From Actinomycetota bacterium (GTDB taxonomy: Bacteria; Actinomycetota; Acidimicrobiia; Spongiisociales; UBA5794): a stretch of 64,000 bases of DNA. The stretch is from the NCBI GenBank assembly GCA_030123765.1, contig JASJXX010000004.1:3601-67600 (forward strand), in the 5' to 3' direction. Positions 19,227-29,120 of the stretch are shown in pieces. The notes below the pieces were generated by a model. It was not told the DNA's origin. It was given only the letters and a program-made list of their open reading frames with translations, and did not search any database. The first letter of the stretch is position 1; each line of letters begins with the position of its first letter. The position numbers and the translations under genes are program-made.

Positions 19227-19667
19227 ATGCTCGAAGGGACCGTACAGAGGGTCGAAGTGTCCGCTGATCCACAGCATGTCTATGAGGTGGCTCTCGACCT
19301 TGAGGCCTACACCGAATGGGCAGGTGGCGTGAAGTTCGTAGAGGTCACGAGCGAGGACGAACACGGCCGCCCCGCAACTGCAGACTTCGTAATCGACGCG
19401 ATGATCAAGGAGATCTCGTATACGCTCGAATACGATTACGGCTATGACAACGGCTTCGCGTGGTCGGCGATTCCGAACGCAGATCTCAAGTCGCTCAATG
19501 GTCGGTACGAATTCAACCCACTCGCCGAGGGCTGCTGCGAGGTCGTGTACGCGCTCAAGGTCGAACCTGCCTTCACCGTCCCTGGCTTCCTCCGTAGACA
19601 AGCTGAGAAGCAGATCGTTGGCACAGCTCTTCGCGGACTGAAGAAGCGGGCCGAAGAGAGCGCCTGA
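19227..19667 (+). CDS. SRPBCC-family (polyketide cyclase/dehydrase-like) protein.
   Basis: The start is set at ATG 19227 with a GAAGGA SD 7 nt upstream. The N-terminus reads MLEGTVQRVEVSADPQHVYEVALDLEAYTEWAGGV. Confidence 0.7.
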   Translation: MLEGTVQRVEVSADPQHVYEVALDLEAYTEWAGGVKFVEVTSEDEHGRPATADFVIDAMIKEISYTLEYDYGYDNGFAWSAIPNADLKSLNGRYEFNPLAEGCCEVVYALKVEPAFTVPGFLRRQAEKQIVGTALRGLKKRAEESA

Positions 19668-20845
19668 TGCGCATCATCCTCATCACAGGCAAGGGTGGTG
19701 TCGGCAAGACCACCGTGGCTGCTGCCACTGCGCTCAGAGCCGCTGACCTCGGGTATGCGACGCTCGTCATGTCGACGGACCCGGCTCACTCGTTGGCGGA
19801 CGCTTTCGATGTGCAACTGGGGGATTCACTAACGACGATCGTTACGAATCTCGACGCGCAGCAGATCGATAGCCGAGCCAGGCTTGAGGAGTCTTGGGGT
19901 GCAGTGCGCGACCATCTGACGGAGATTTTCGACTGGTCCGGACTCAAAGGCATCGAAGCAGAAGAGCTCACTGTGTTCCCCGGGATGGATGAGCTCTTCT
20001 CCCTGGCAACGGTGAACGATCACGCGCGGGCAGACATCTATGACGTGATCATCGTCGACTGCGCCCCAACAGCCGAGACGCTCCGCTTGCTGAGCCTGCC
20101 AGAGGTGATGTCCTGGTACATGGACAAGATGTTTCCGATCGGCCGAAGAATGGTGAAGGTCGTGCGTCCGGTCATCACGAAGATGTCGGCAATGCCGGTC
20201 GCGAGTGACGCCGTATTCGACGCGATAGCGAAGTTCTACGATCGCCTCGAGGGCATCAGAGAGATTCTGTCTGACAGCGAGGTCACGACGGCGAGGCTCG
20301 TCATGAATCCGGAGAAGATGGTCATCGCTGAAGCGAGGCGGACCTACACGTATCTCGGATTGTTCGGTTACGCGGTGGATTCCGTGATCGTGAACCGTGT
20401 CCTGCCCGACACCGTTGCCGACCCGTATTTTGCACGCTGGCGCGAGATACAGGCCGAGCATCTCATAGACATCGAAGAGAGCTTCCAGGGAACCGATGTG
20501 CGACAGCTCCGTCTCTTCGAGGAGGAGATGATCGGCGTTGAACGTCTGCGGAGGGTCGCGGAGGAGCTCTACAGAGACGTCGACCCCACCGATCGGCTCT
20601 CCGAAGCGCAGTCCATGCGCGTTGAAGACGTCGAGGGAAGCGATGACGTGGCACTCGTGCTCGCAGTGCCCTTCACCGAGCGCGAGGAGATCGACCTGAT
20701 GCGTCACCACGACGAAATCTTTATCACGATCGGGCCTTACCGCCGTTCGATCGTGCTCCCTGACTCACTGCAGCGCCGCACCATTCGAGGGGCGAGAGTC
20801 CACGCGGATGAGCTGCGCATTATCTTCACCTTGGAGGCGATATGA
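19667..20845 (+). CDS. ArsA-family ATPase with a C-terminal HSP20/CS-like domain.
   Basis: 392 aa. The P-loop reads ILITGKGGVGKTTVAAA and STDPAHSLADAF follows. Its start overlaps the upstream stop (TGATG). Confidence 0.8.
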   Translation: MRIILITGKGGVGKTTVAAATALRAADLGYATLVMSTDPAHSLADAFDVQLGDSLTTIVTNLDAQQIDSRARLEESWGAVRDHLTEIFDWSGLKGIEAEELTVFPGMDELFSLATVNDHARADIYDVIIVDCAPTAETLRLLSLPEVMSWYMDKMFPIGRRMVKVVRPVITKMSAMPVASDAVFDAIAKFYDRLEGIREILSDSEVTTARLVMNPEKMVIAEARRTYTYLGLFGYAVDSVIVNRVLPDTVADPYFARWREIQAEHLIDIEESFQGTDVRQLRLFEEEMIGVERLRRVAEELYRDVDPTDRLSEAQSMRVEDVEGSDDVALVLAVPFTEREEIDLMRHHDEIFITIGPYRRSIVLPDSLQRRTIRGARVHADELRIIFTLEAI

Positions 20846-21030
20846 CACAGAAGGGATCCACAGATCCGCTCGTGACAGGCATCAAGTCGGCCATCGTTCA
20901 CTTCTCGAAAGCCGCGATCGAGGTCGCGTCGGGAGTGGGTTCTCTGGTGACGGGCATCACCCGGACGATGCGCTCTGACGATGAGCGTGACGACGTCGAA
21001 GATGGTCGACAGAGGATCGAGGTCGAGTGA
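20842..21030 (+). CDS. Small hypothetical protein (62 aa), translationally coupled.
   Basis: It has an ATGA overlap with arsA-like upstream and a GTGA overlap with ROK downstream. The N-terminus is amphipathic and the C-terminus acidic. Confidence 0.4.
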   Translation: MTQKGSTDPLVTGIKSAIVHFSKAAIEVASGVGSLVTGITRTMRSDDERDDVEDGRQRIEVE

Positions 21031-21947
21031 TCACCGTCGGAGTCGACATCGGAGGAACGAAGGCGCTCGCCGTCAGGCTCGACGGTACCGAGACGGTGAT
21101 CCAGTCGCGCGTCGAGCTTGACCGGTCCGTCGAGACGCTCGACGCCATCGGTCGAGCGATCGACTCGGTGTACGACGACACGGTGGAGGCCATCGGCGTC
21201 GGGATCGCGGGCCTCGTGAATCTGAAGGACGGTACTCTCGTATGGGGGCCGCACGTTGCCGGGACGAGCCTTCAGATCCGTGCCGGCCTGACCGAGCGTT
21301 ACGGTGTTCCCGTCTCGGTAGACAACGACGCGAACGCTGCAGCTGTCGGCGAACTCAAGCTCGGCGCCGCCCGCGGGTACAGCAACGTGCTTCTCGTGAC
21401 GCTTGGGACCGGCATCGGAGGAGCGGTGATCATCGACGGGGCGCTTTATCGTGGCGGAGGGTTCGCAGGCGAGTGGGGCCACGTTCAGATCGATAGGGAT
21501 GGGCTGCTCTGCGACTGCGGAAAACGGGGATGTTGGGAGACGAGAGCGTCCGGGCCCGCGTTGGTTCGACTCGCGCGTGAGGTCGTGTCTTCGAACCCGG
21601 ACAGCGCGCTCTCGAGGATCTTCGGTTCGAAGCCGATCACCGGAGAGATCGTCGTAGGTGCAGCCGACGGAGGTGACGAGACTGCACGGGCACTTGTAAC
21701 GGAGGTGGGAAGATCCTTCGGGCAGGGGCTTGCAGACCTCGTGGCGATCTTCGACCCTGAGCTCGTCATTGTCGGCGGCGGCCTGGGATCAGTGGGTGAA
21801 TCGATCATCGGACCTGCAAGGCGGGTGCTTGCCGACTCGTTGTACGCAGGGAGGCTGCGGGTGCCGCCCGCCATCCAGGTTGCGCGGCTCGGACCGGCCG
21901 CAGGGGCAGTCGGAGCGGCGCTCCAGGCGGCGGAGGAAGGACGCTGA
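21027..21947 (+). CDS. ROK family glucokinase.
   Basis: 306 aa. Motifs GVDIGGTK and CDCGKRGCWE (ROK zinc motif). Confidence 0.85.
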   Translation: MITVGVDIGGTKALAVRLDGTETVIQSRVELDRSVETLDAIGRAIDSVYDDTVEAIGVGIAGLVNLKDGTLVWGPHVAGTSLQIRAGLTERYGVPVSVDNDANAAAVGELKLGAARGYSNVLLVTLGTGIGGAVIIDGALYRGGGFAGEWGHVQIDRDGLLCDCGKRGCWETRASGPALVRLAREVVSSNPDSALSRIFGSKPITGEIVVGAADGGDETARALVTEVGRSFGQGLADLVAIFDPELVIVGGGLGSVGESIIGPARRVLADSLYAGRLRVPPAIQVARLGPAAGAVGAALQAAEEGR

Positions 21948-21994
21948 GGATGGGCTTGATTTGGGTCCTCCCGTTAGCGGCCTAGGGTCTCGAC

Positions 21995-23188
21995 ATGCAG
22001 TTTCGTAGGATCGACAGTCTCCCGCCGTACATATTCGCGGAGATAACCCAGCGCAAGACCGAAGCCAGGCGCCGCGGAGTCGACGTCATCGACCTGGGAT
22101 TCGGAAACCCTGACATACCCTCCCCTCCAGGGGTGGTCGAGAAGCTCGTGGAGGCTGCGCGTCAGGCGAAGAACCATCGCTACTCAGCGTCGCGAGGCAT
22201 CCCGAACCTCCGTAAAGCAATCGCGGATCGTTACCAGCGTGCGTACGGGGTAACGCTCGATCCCGACACCGAGGTGATCAACACGATCGGTGCAAAGGAG
22301 GGCCTCTCACACCTGATGTGGGCCCTTGTGGAGCCGGGGGATGTTGCACTCGTGCCCGAGCCGTCCTATCCGATCCACATTTACGCCCCTGTGCTCGCAG
22401 GCGCCGACGTGCGGCGTGTGCATCTCTCGACGGATACGGACTTCTTTACGCGACTCACCACAGCATTCCGCACATCGACGCCGAAGCCGCGAGTGATCGT
22501 CACCTCCTTCCCTCACAATCCAACCACCGTGACGGTTGACATCGACTTCTTCGAACGACTCGTCGAGTTTGCTCGCCGAAACGACGTGATGCTTGTCCAT
22601 GACTTCGCATACGCCGACATCAGCTACGACGGATACAAGCCGCCGTCACTGCTTCAAGTCGATGGCGCAAAGGACGTTGCCGTCGAGTTGTACACGCTCT
22701 CGAAATCTCACTCGATGCCCGGATGGCGCGTCGGCTTCGTCGTGGGCAACGCCGAGTTGATTGCAGCTCTCCAACAACTCAAGTCCTATCTCGACTATGG
22801 AACATTCCAGCCGATTCAGATCGCGGCGATCATCGCACTCAACTCCCATGACGACTACATCGAGGAGGTTGTCGAGGAGTACCGTGTACGCCGTGACATG
22901 CTCATCGAAGGACTCGGTCGGGCCGGTTGGCAGATCGAGACTCCGCGGGCAACGATGTTCGTGTGGGCCAGGATCCCTGAACCGTTCCGACACATGGGGA
23001 GTCTCGCGTTCGCCCTCGATCTCCTGGACAAGGCAGAAGTCGCGGTGAGCCCCGGCATCGGTTTCGGCCCGTCGGGGGATGAGCACGTGCGCTTCGCGCT
23101 GGTCGAGAATGACCAGCGGATCGCCCAGGCTGTCCGAAACATCCGCAAGTATCTCGCCACCGAGACCCCCTCGACGTGGAACGTCTGA
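21995..23188 (+). CDS. Class I/II PLP-dependent aminotransferase (AspB-like).
   Basis: 397 aa. Motifs SKSHSMPGWRVGFVVGN and LGFGNPD. Confidence 0.8.
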   Translation: MQFRRIDSLPPYIFAEITQRKTEARRRGVDVIDLGFGNPDIPSPPGVVEKLVEAARQAKNHRYSASRGIPNLRKAIADRYQRAYGVTLDPDTEVINTIGAKEGLSHLMWALVEPGDVALVPEPSYPIHIYAPVLAGADVRRVHLSTDTDFFTRLTTAFRTSTPKPRVIVTSFPHNPTTVTVDIDFFERLVEFARRNDVMLVHDFAYADISYDGYKPPSLLQVDGAKDVAVELYTLSKSHSMPGWRVGFVVGNAELIAALQQLKSYLDYGTFQPIQIAAIIALNSHDDYIEEVVEEYRVRRDMLIEGLGRAGWQIETPRATMFVWARIPEPFRHMGSLAFALDLLDKAEVAVSPGIGFGPSGDEHVRFALVENDQRIAQAVRNIRKYLATETPSTWNV

Positions 23189-23247
23189 AACGCTCCGCTT
23201 CGCACCGAGGTCAAAGGACGAGTCCACCCTCTACACAAGAGTGATCC

Positions 23248-24201
23248 ATGGAGTACGCCGTTCTCTTCCCCGGCCAGGGGAGCCAGTTCGTTGGCATGTG
23301 CGCCGACGTGCGCGCTGCTCACCGCGAGCTCTTCGGAGATCAGGAGAGAGAGATCCTTGGGTGGGATCTTGACGCCCTCGTGAACGACGGCCCGGAGGAG
23401 CTTCTCACCGAGACCCGGTACGCCCAGCCTGCGCTCTACGCGGTGTCGTACGCATTGTGGACCGAGTTTGCCTCCCACGTCTCGACTGCTCCGCTGGCAG
23501 CCGCAGGCCACAGCCTCGGCGAGTACACGGCCCTCAGCGCCTCAGGAGCGTTGGAGTATCGAGACGGGCTCCGCCTCGTCGCACAACGAGGAGAAGCGAT
23601 GGCTCGTGCAGCGGCCCTTGAGCCCTCCACCATGGCAGCATTGGTCGGAGCTGACACCGAGACGGCCGAATCAATCGTAGCTCGACGGAGAGCCGCAGGG
23701 GGCCGCCTCTCGGTGGCCAACATCAATGCGCCGGGACAGATCGTGGTCGCCGGGGGAATCGACGACGTGGAGTGGCTCGAAGAGAGCGCCAGGGACCTGG
23801 GTGCACGCCGCGTGATCAGGCTCAAGGTCGCCGGCGCTTTCCACTCGCCATTCATGGGACCTGCGGCCGGGTCGCTTGCGGCTGCCCTCGACTCGGTTCG
23901 ATTCCGTGACAGTGCCTTCGCCGTGTACGCGAACACGACGGCGGCTCCCATCGTCGACCCACGAGTGACGCTCGCAGAGCAGCTGACTGCACCGGTGCGG
24001 TTCCAGGAGACTCTCGAGCAGATCGCAGCATCAGGAGTGAACACCTTCGTCCACATCGGGCCAGGAGACGTGACGGCCGGTCTCGCGAGACGGACCGTGC
24101 AGGGCGCTGATGTCAGAGTTGTCTCTTCGATCCAAGAGGCTCGCGACGTCGCGCGTGAGCTCTCCGTACAATTGAGGGGTCCCAGGGAAGGTGCATCATG
24201 A
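23248..24201 (+). CDS. fabD: Malonyl-CoA:ACP transacylase.
   Basis: 317 aa. Motifs FPGQGSQ and GHSLGEYTA. Confidence 0.92.
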   Translation: MEYAVLFPGQGSQFVGMCADVRAAHRELFGDQEREILGWDLDALVNDGPEELLTETRYAQPALYAVSYALWTEFASHVSTAPLAAAGHSLGEYTALSASGALEYRDGLRLVAQRGEAMARAAALEPSTMAALVGADTETAESIVARRRAAGGRLSVANINAPGQIVVAGGIDDVEWLEESARDLGARRVIRLKVAGAFHSPFMGPAAGSLAAALDSVRFRDSAFAVYANTTAAPIVDPRVTLAEQLTAPVRFQETLEQIAASGVNTFVHIGPGDVTAGLARRTVQGADVRVVSSIQEARDVARELSVQLRGPREGAS

Positions 24202-25259
24202 AGAACGTGACAATTACCGGGTGGGGGAGATGCATCCCTCAGCCCGTCGTGACGAACGATGACTTGGCAACCGTCATCGATACGAGCGATGAGTGGATCA
24301 CCTCTCGTTCCGGCATCAAGGAGCGTCACATCTCTCATGTGAGCAATTCGGAGATGGCGGCGCTCGCAGGCAGGCGTGCCGTCGCGGCAGCCGGCCTCCA
24401 GGCGACAGACATCGACTACATCATTGTTGCGACGTGCACCCCAGATCGGCCAATCCCCGCGACTGCGGCGTACGTTCAGGCAAAGATCGGTGCGGTACGT
24501 GCGGCTGTTGCAGATATCAACGCCGGCTGCACCGGATTCCTCTACGGGCTGTCGATGGCCCACGGACTCATCGCAACTAGCATGGCGAACCGTGTGCTAC
24601 TCATCGGTTCCGAGCAGATCAGCTCGTATCTGAACCTTGAGGAGCGTTCGACAGCCGTACTGTTCGGCGACGGAGCAGGGGCAGCCATCGTGGAGGCGTC
24701 CAACGACGAATCAGGCATCAAGTCGATGGCGCTCGGCGCTGACGGGAGTGGTGCGCAGTACCTCACTACCTCCGGTCTGGGGACCGAGCAGATAGGGACG
24801 GGTGCACCCCGGGCGATTATCATGGACGGTGCCGAGATTTTCAAGGGTGCTGTGGTGCGCATGGGTGACGGGATCGTTGCTGCGGCGAAAGACGCCGGCT
24901 GGGAACTGGACGAGATCGACCTCGTCATTCCGCATCAAGCAAACATCCGGATCATCGACGCCGTGCGGCGTCGTATCAAGGTAGACGAGTCGAAAATGTT
25001 CATCAATATCCACAAGTACGGCAACACTTCAGCGGCGACTATCCCGATCGCTCTCGCTGAGGCCGTGGACGAAGGGCGCGTTGCTCCGGGCAGCAGACTC
25101 ATTTTCACAGCGTTTGGAGCAGGGGTGACGTGGGGGGCTGTTGCCTTCCAATGGGGCGACCGGACGGAGCCGATCAGCACGACCGACGACGAGCTCCCTG
25201 AACCCACCCGAACGGGTCTCGAGATACTTCTCGCACGACAGGAGGCTTTGAACCGATGA
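24198..25259 (+). CDS. fabH: 3-oxoacyl-ACP synthase III.
   Basis: 353 aa. Motif GCTGFLYGL, with the His/Asn catalytic region conserved. Confidence 0.9.
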   Translation: MKNVTITGWGRCIPQPVVTNDDLATVIDTSDEWITSRSGIKERHISHVSNSEMAALAGRRAVAAAGLQATDIDYIIVATCTPDRPIPATAAYVQAKIGAVRAAVADINAGCTGFLYGLSMAHGLIATSMANRVLLIGSEQISSYLNLEERSTAVLFGDGAGAAIVEASNDESGIKSMALGADGSGAQYLTTSGLGTEQIGTGAPRAIIMDGAEIFKGAVVRMGDGIVAAAKDAGWELDEIDLVIPHQANIRIIDAVRRRIKVDESKMFINIHKYGNTSAATIPIALAEAVDEGRVAPGSRLIFTAFGAGVTWGAVAFQWGDRTEPISTTDDELPEPTRTGLEILLARQEALNR

Positions 25260-25990
25260 GCGACTGGGCGCTCGTAACCGGAGCATCACGCGGTATCGGT
25301 CGCGAAATCGCGCTCAAGCTCGCTGCCGACGGATGGTCGGTGGCGGTCAACTACGCGTCGAGCGCGGCGAGAGCCGATGCAGTAGTTGCAGAGATCGAGA
25401 GTTCGGGGGGGCGGGCAGTCGCTCTCCAGGCGGACGTCAGCGACCCGGACGCCGTTTCGTCGCTATTTGCCGCTATCGCCGATGAGCTTGGTCCCCTCTC
25501 TGTGCTCGTCAACAATGCAGGGATCACAGACGACGGCTTGCTGCTGAGGATGCGTATCGAGCAGTGGGACAACGTTCTCAACACAAATCTGCGATCCGTG
25601 TTTCTGTGCACGAAGGCCGCCCTTCGGCCGATGCTTCGCGCCAGATCGGGTCGCATCATCAACATCAGTTCCGTCTCCGGCCTGTCGGGAAATCCGGGCC
25701 AGGGGAACTACGCAGCCGCAAAGGCGGGGATCATCGGACTTACGAAGTCGGTAGCGCAGGAGGTCGGATCAAGAGGAATCACGGTCAACTCCGTTGCACC
25801 AGGCTTCATCCGCACAGAGATGACAGAGGCCCTCGGTGATACGGTCACAGATGCGGCTGTGCAGCAGACCGCCCTCAGGAGACTCGGTATGCCCGAGGAA
25901 GTCGCATCGGTGGTTGGCTATCTTGCGTCCGACGGTGCTTCGTACATTACCGGTCAGACCATCGTCGTTGACGGTGGCCTGACGCTCTGA
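25256..25990 (+). CDS. fabG: 3-oxoacyl-ACP reductase (SDR).
   Basis: 244 aa. Motifs TGASRGIG and YAAAKAG. Confidence 0.9.
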   Translation: MSDWALVTGASRGIGREIALKLAADGWSVAVNYASSAARADAVVAEIESSGGRAVALQADVSDPDAVSSLFAAIADELGPLSVLVNNAGITDDGLLLRMRIEQWDNVLNTNLRSVFLCTKAALRPMLRARSGRIINISSVSGLSGNPGQGNYAAAKAGIIGLTKSVAQEVGSRGITVNSVAPGFIRTEMTEALGDTVTDAAVQQTALRRLGMPEEVASVVGYLASDGASYITGQTIVVDGGLTL

Positions 25991-26008
25991 CGATTAGGAG
26001 AGATACAA

Positions 26009-26254
26009 ATGGAACGTGCAGAGATCGAATTGAAGCTGAAGGAGCTCCTCGTCGATGAGCTCGGTCTGGACAGGGACAAGATTACGATGGACGCGAGATT
26101 CGAGGAGGATCTCGAGGTTGACTCGCTCGGGGTCGTCGAGCTTCTGATGGCGCTCGAGGACAACTTCGGTGTGCAGATCCCCGACGAGGAAGCAGAGTCG
26201 ATCGGCACGGTTAGTCAGGCTGTCGACGTCGTTGTTGCGAAACTCGCTGGATAG
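26009..26254 (+). CDS. acpP: Acyl carrier protein.
   Basis: 81 aa. DSLGVVELLMALEDNF carries the DSL phosphopantetheine site. Confidence 0.92.
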   Translation: MERAEIELKLKELLVDELGLDRDKITMDARFEEDLEVDSLGVVELLMALEDNFGVQIPDEEAESIGTVSQAVDVVVAKLAG

Positions 26255-26262
26255 AGGCCATC

Positions 26263-27513
26263 ATGAATGGTCGCCGGGTCGTCATCACCGGCCTTGGGAC
26301 GGTAACCGCGCTCGGTGAGAACGTTGAGACGTTCTGGCACAACATCCGTCACGGCAAGAGCGGTGTCAGCAGGATCGATCGCATCGACGTGTCGGACATC
26401 ACGACGAAGATCGCAGCCGAGATCAAGGACTTCGAGATCACCGACTATATGTCGCGTCGCGACGCGCGACGTCTCGACCGTAGCTCACAGTACTTCTGGG
26501 CCGCGACCCAACAGGCGCTCCAGGACGCAGGCATCGCGTACGACGAGGACGATCCTGAAGCCTTGCGCGCCGGAGTTGTTGCGGGTACAGGCATAGGTGG
26601 TGTGGAGACCATGGAAGAGCAGATCGGTGTGCTCATAGAACGGGGCCCGAGTCGGATATCCCCCTTCGGAATCGTGAAGATCATCTCCAATATGGCCGGT
26701 GGTGTGGTGTCGATCGATTTCAACCTCTACGGACCGAATTCGACGGTTGTCACCGCGTGTGCCGCGTCGGCGAACGCGATCGGTGATGCTGCAGGCCTGA
26801 TCGCGCGCGGGGTTGCTGACGTCATGGTCGCTGGTGGTGGGGAGGCGAGCATCACGCGTTTTGGTGTCTCGGGCTTCGCGTCTGCGAGGGCGCTGAGCAG
26901 GAATAATGACGACCCTGAGGGAGCGTCGCGTCCCTTCGACCTCAATCGTGATGGATTCATCATGGGGGAGGGTGCTGCGGTACTCATCCTTGAGGATTTA
27001 GACCACGCCACACAGCGAGGAGCCTCCATCTACGGCGAGTTCCTTGGATACGGCATGTCAGCAGACGGATACCACATCACGCTTCCGCGTCCGGGGGGAG
27101 CGGGTGCCGCTCGCTCGATGGAGGCTGCCCTGCGAGATGCCGGGATGCGTCCCGATGAGCTGGGATACATCAACGCACACGGGACCTCCACGCTCGCGAA
27201 CGACAAGACGGAGACGACCGCGATCAAGACCACCTTCGGGGACGCAGCGTTCGACATCCCCATCTCGTCAACGAAGTCGATGACCGGGCATCTTCTGGGT
27301 GCTGCCGGAGCAGTCGAGTCACTCGTCTGCCTGCTCGCTATACGAGACGGCGTGATCCCGCCAACGATCAACTACGAAGTGCCGGACCCGGAGTGTGATC
27401 TCGATTACGTCCCGAACGAGGCTCGAGAAGTATCGATCACCACCGCGATGACGAATTCGTTCGGGTTCGGAGGGCACAACGTGTCGCTCATCTTCGGGGC
27501 AGCGCCTGGTTAA
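26263..27513 (+). CDS. fabF: 3-oxoacyl-ACP synthase II.
   Basis: 416 aa. Motifs CAASANAIGDA, HGTST and GHNVSLIF. Confidence 0.92.
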   Translation: MNGRRVVITGLGTVTALGENVETFWHNIRHGKSGVSRIDRIDVSDITTKIAAEIKDFEITDYMSRRDARRLDRSSQYFWAATQQALQDAGIAYDEDDPEALRAGVVAGTGIGGVETMEEQIGVLIERGPSRISPFGIVKIISNMAGGVVSIDFNLYGPNSTVVTACAASANAIGDAAGLIARGVADVMVAGGGEASITRFGVSGFASARALSRNNDDPEGASRPFDLNRDGFIMGEGAAVLILEDLDHATQRGASIYGEFLGYGMSADGYHITLPRPGGAGAARSMEAALRDAGMRPDELGYINAHGTSTLANDKTETTAIKTTFGDAAFDIPISSTKSMTGHLLGAAGAVESLVCLLAIRDGVIPPTINYEVPDPECDLDYVPNEAREVSITTAMTNSFGFGGHNVSLIFGAAPG

Positions 27514-27938
27514 CTCTCCGGGGTGTCCGGATCCTGGGCGTCTCCTCCTTCGCATCCGACAGTTGTCGGCGGGAGACCTGCCGCAAGACGTTCGTTGTAC
27601 TCATCGAATGAACGGGTGACGAGTGCTGCCACAAGCCCGACACCGATGAACGACAGGGTGCCGGAGATGACCCCACCTGCGACCTCGAGAGGCGCACAGA
27701 TCGATGGCAAGCAGATCGCCTTCACGACGTTGGCTCCGATCAGGGTGCCGGTCATCGCTCCGATCAGGACAGTGACGACGAGGCCGGAGCGAACGTCGGA
27801 GCGGGCACCAACGTAGGCCAGCCCGCCTGAGATGATGGCTGCGGCGATGCCGCCGGGAGCGCCGAGGAGGAGCCATCCTGTGACGGCGCCGAAGATCGCA
27901 GAAGCCCCGATGGAGAGAGCGTCACTGGTCCGTACCAC
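27510..27938 (-). CDS. Gly/Ala-rich integral membrane protein (4 TM), function unknown.
   Basis: 142 aa and hydrophobic. The overlapping plus-strand ORFs are R/D-rich antisense artefacts. Confidence 0.5.
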   Translation of the reverse strand: MVRTSDALSIGASAIFGAVTGWLLLGAPGGIAAAIISGGLAYVGARSDVRSGLVVTVLIGAMTGTLIGANVVKAICLPSICAPLEVAGGVISGTLSFIGVGLVAALVTRSFDEYNERLAAGLPPTTVGCEGGDAQDPDTPES

Positions 27939-28629
27939 GGCTCTCCCTCCTCGCTGCTGGTGGGGGGAGAGGTGGAGTGATCAGGGCAGTCACCCTGCGC
28001 GCGGCTCGGCTCCAGGCTGCACCTGCTGTGGCGACCACCGCGACGAGGAGAAGGTAACTCCCCGGCTGCGAGGTGTTGAGCGCGACGAAGACGCCTGCGA
28101 TAGGCACCGCCACCTTGAATCCCCAGATGCCGAACGAGATGCCCCTTCCATACGTCCAGGAAGCAACACCTGTGACAGCGACCAGGGCCCAGTGGAACCA
28201 GTGCACTCCGTCCCACGATGCGAGTCCTACAACGACCGGAGCACCGATGCCGGCAGTGATGAGGGCTACCGGGACGATCCCGAGTTTCTCGGCGACAGGT
28301 TGCTGCCTGACCCACAGGGTCAGCCACGGCCCAACGAGGCCGACGACCGCCGCAGAGCCGACAGTGAGAGAGACCCAGAAGAGCGCAGTCCCGCCTACGG
28401 ATGCGAGCAGGATGGAAGCGGCGAGTCCGAGAGCGAGAAGCCATCGGCCCCATGGCGCCCTTACGAGGAGAAGTCCGGCGAGCGCAGCGAGGGAGCTTCC
28501 CATGATGCCGACGAGGATCATCACCGCAGCGCTCTGGTCGATCGGGATGCTGTCGGAGACGAACGCGACGGATGCGAGTCCGGTGGCGCCGAACGCGGTG
28601 GCGCCGATAGCGAGGGGGACGCGGCTCAT
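27922..28629 (-). CDS. Polytopic integral membrane protein (~7 TM), function unknown.
   Basis: 235 aa. It is translationally coupled (overlapping) with the downstream 142-aa membrane gene. Confidence 0.5.
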   Translation of the reverse strand: MSRVPLAIGATAFGATGLASVAFVSDSIPIDQSAAVMILVGIMGSSLAALAGLLLVRAPWGRWLLALGLAASILLASVGGTALFWVSLTVGSAAVVGLVGPWLTLWVRQQPVAEKLGIVPVALITAGIGAPVVVGLASWDGVHWFHWALVAVTGVASWTYGRGISFGIWGFKVAVPIAGVFVALNTSQPGSYLLLVAVVATAGAAWSRAARRVTALITPPLPPPAARRESRGTDQ

Positions 28630-28647
28630 AACGCCAGCAGCCGTGCG

Positions 28648-29091
28648 CTACTGCTCTGGGCGTGTCTCGACGGAGCCAGGGATGCGGTTGAAGCCGACGA
28701 ACGCCGTGTACCGGTGGAGCGCCGGTTCAAGGGTTGAGTAGTCGAACTCGAATATCTCTCCCTGGCCGAGAGGCTCGGACTCGAAAGCGCCGTCGGATGC
28801 CCTGATGATGTACTCGCGGTCGTCCAGGTTGATCCATTGGACGATCCAGATCTCTTCAAGGTTGATGTGCAGATTTGATGGGCGAAAAATGCCGTTGTCG
28901 ATGCGCACCTTTACGACCCCCGGAGGCGGAGGTTCGGTCGTCGTAGTCGTTGTGGGTCTCCGGTCTGCCTCTATCGTGGCCGGGGAAGGACCGGACGTCT
29001 TGATCGTTCCGAGAACGAGTAGCGCGACGAAAACGCTGACGACCAACAACGCGCTCTTGAAGACGGTTCGGTTACCCAAGATTCTCCTCAC
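28648..29091 (-). CDS. Membrane-anchored or secreted cupredoxin-like protein (type-1 Cu ligands apparently absent).
   Basis: 147 aa with an N-terminal TM or signal segment and a TTTTTEPPPP linker. The beta-sandwich pattern (FRPSNLHINLEEIWIVQWINLDD ... GEIFEFDY ... HRYTAFVGFNRIPGSV) is plastocyanin-like, but the Cys ligand is missing. Confidence 0.45.
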   Translation of the reverse strand: MRRILGNRTVFKSALLVVSVFVALLVLGTIKTSGPSPATIEADRRPTTTTTTEPPPPGVVKVRIDNGIFRPSNLHINLEEIWIVQWINLDDREYIIRASDGAFESEPLGQGEIFEFDYSTLEPALHRYTAFVGFNRIPGSVETRPEQ

Positions 29092-29120
29092 TGGTGAAGC
29101 CCGCCGGGAGTGTAGTGGAC

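Noticed and set aside
27832-28741. Plus-strand ORFs of 301 aa and 222 aa over the membrane-protein genes.
   Set aside because: They have the Arg/Asp/Glu-rich low-complexity composition typical of antisense frames in high-GC DNA. The minus-strand frame gives coherent TM helices.
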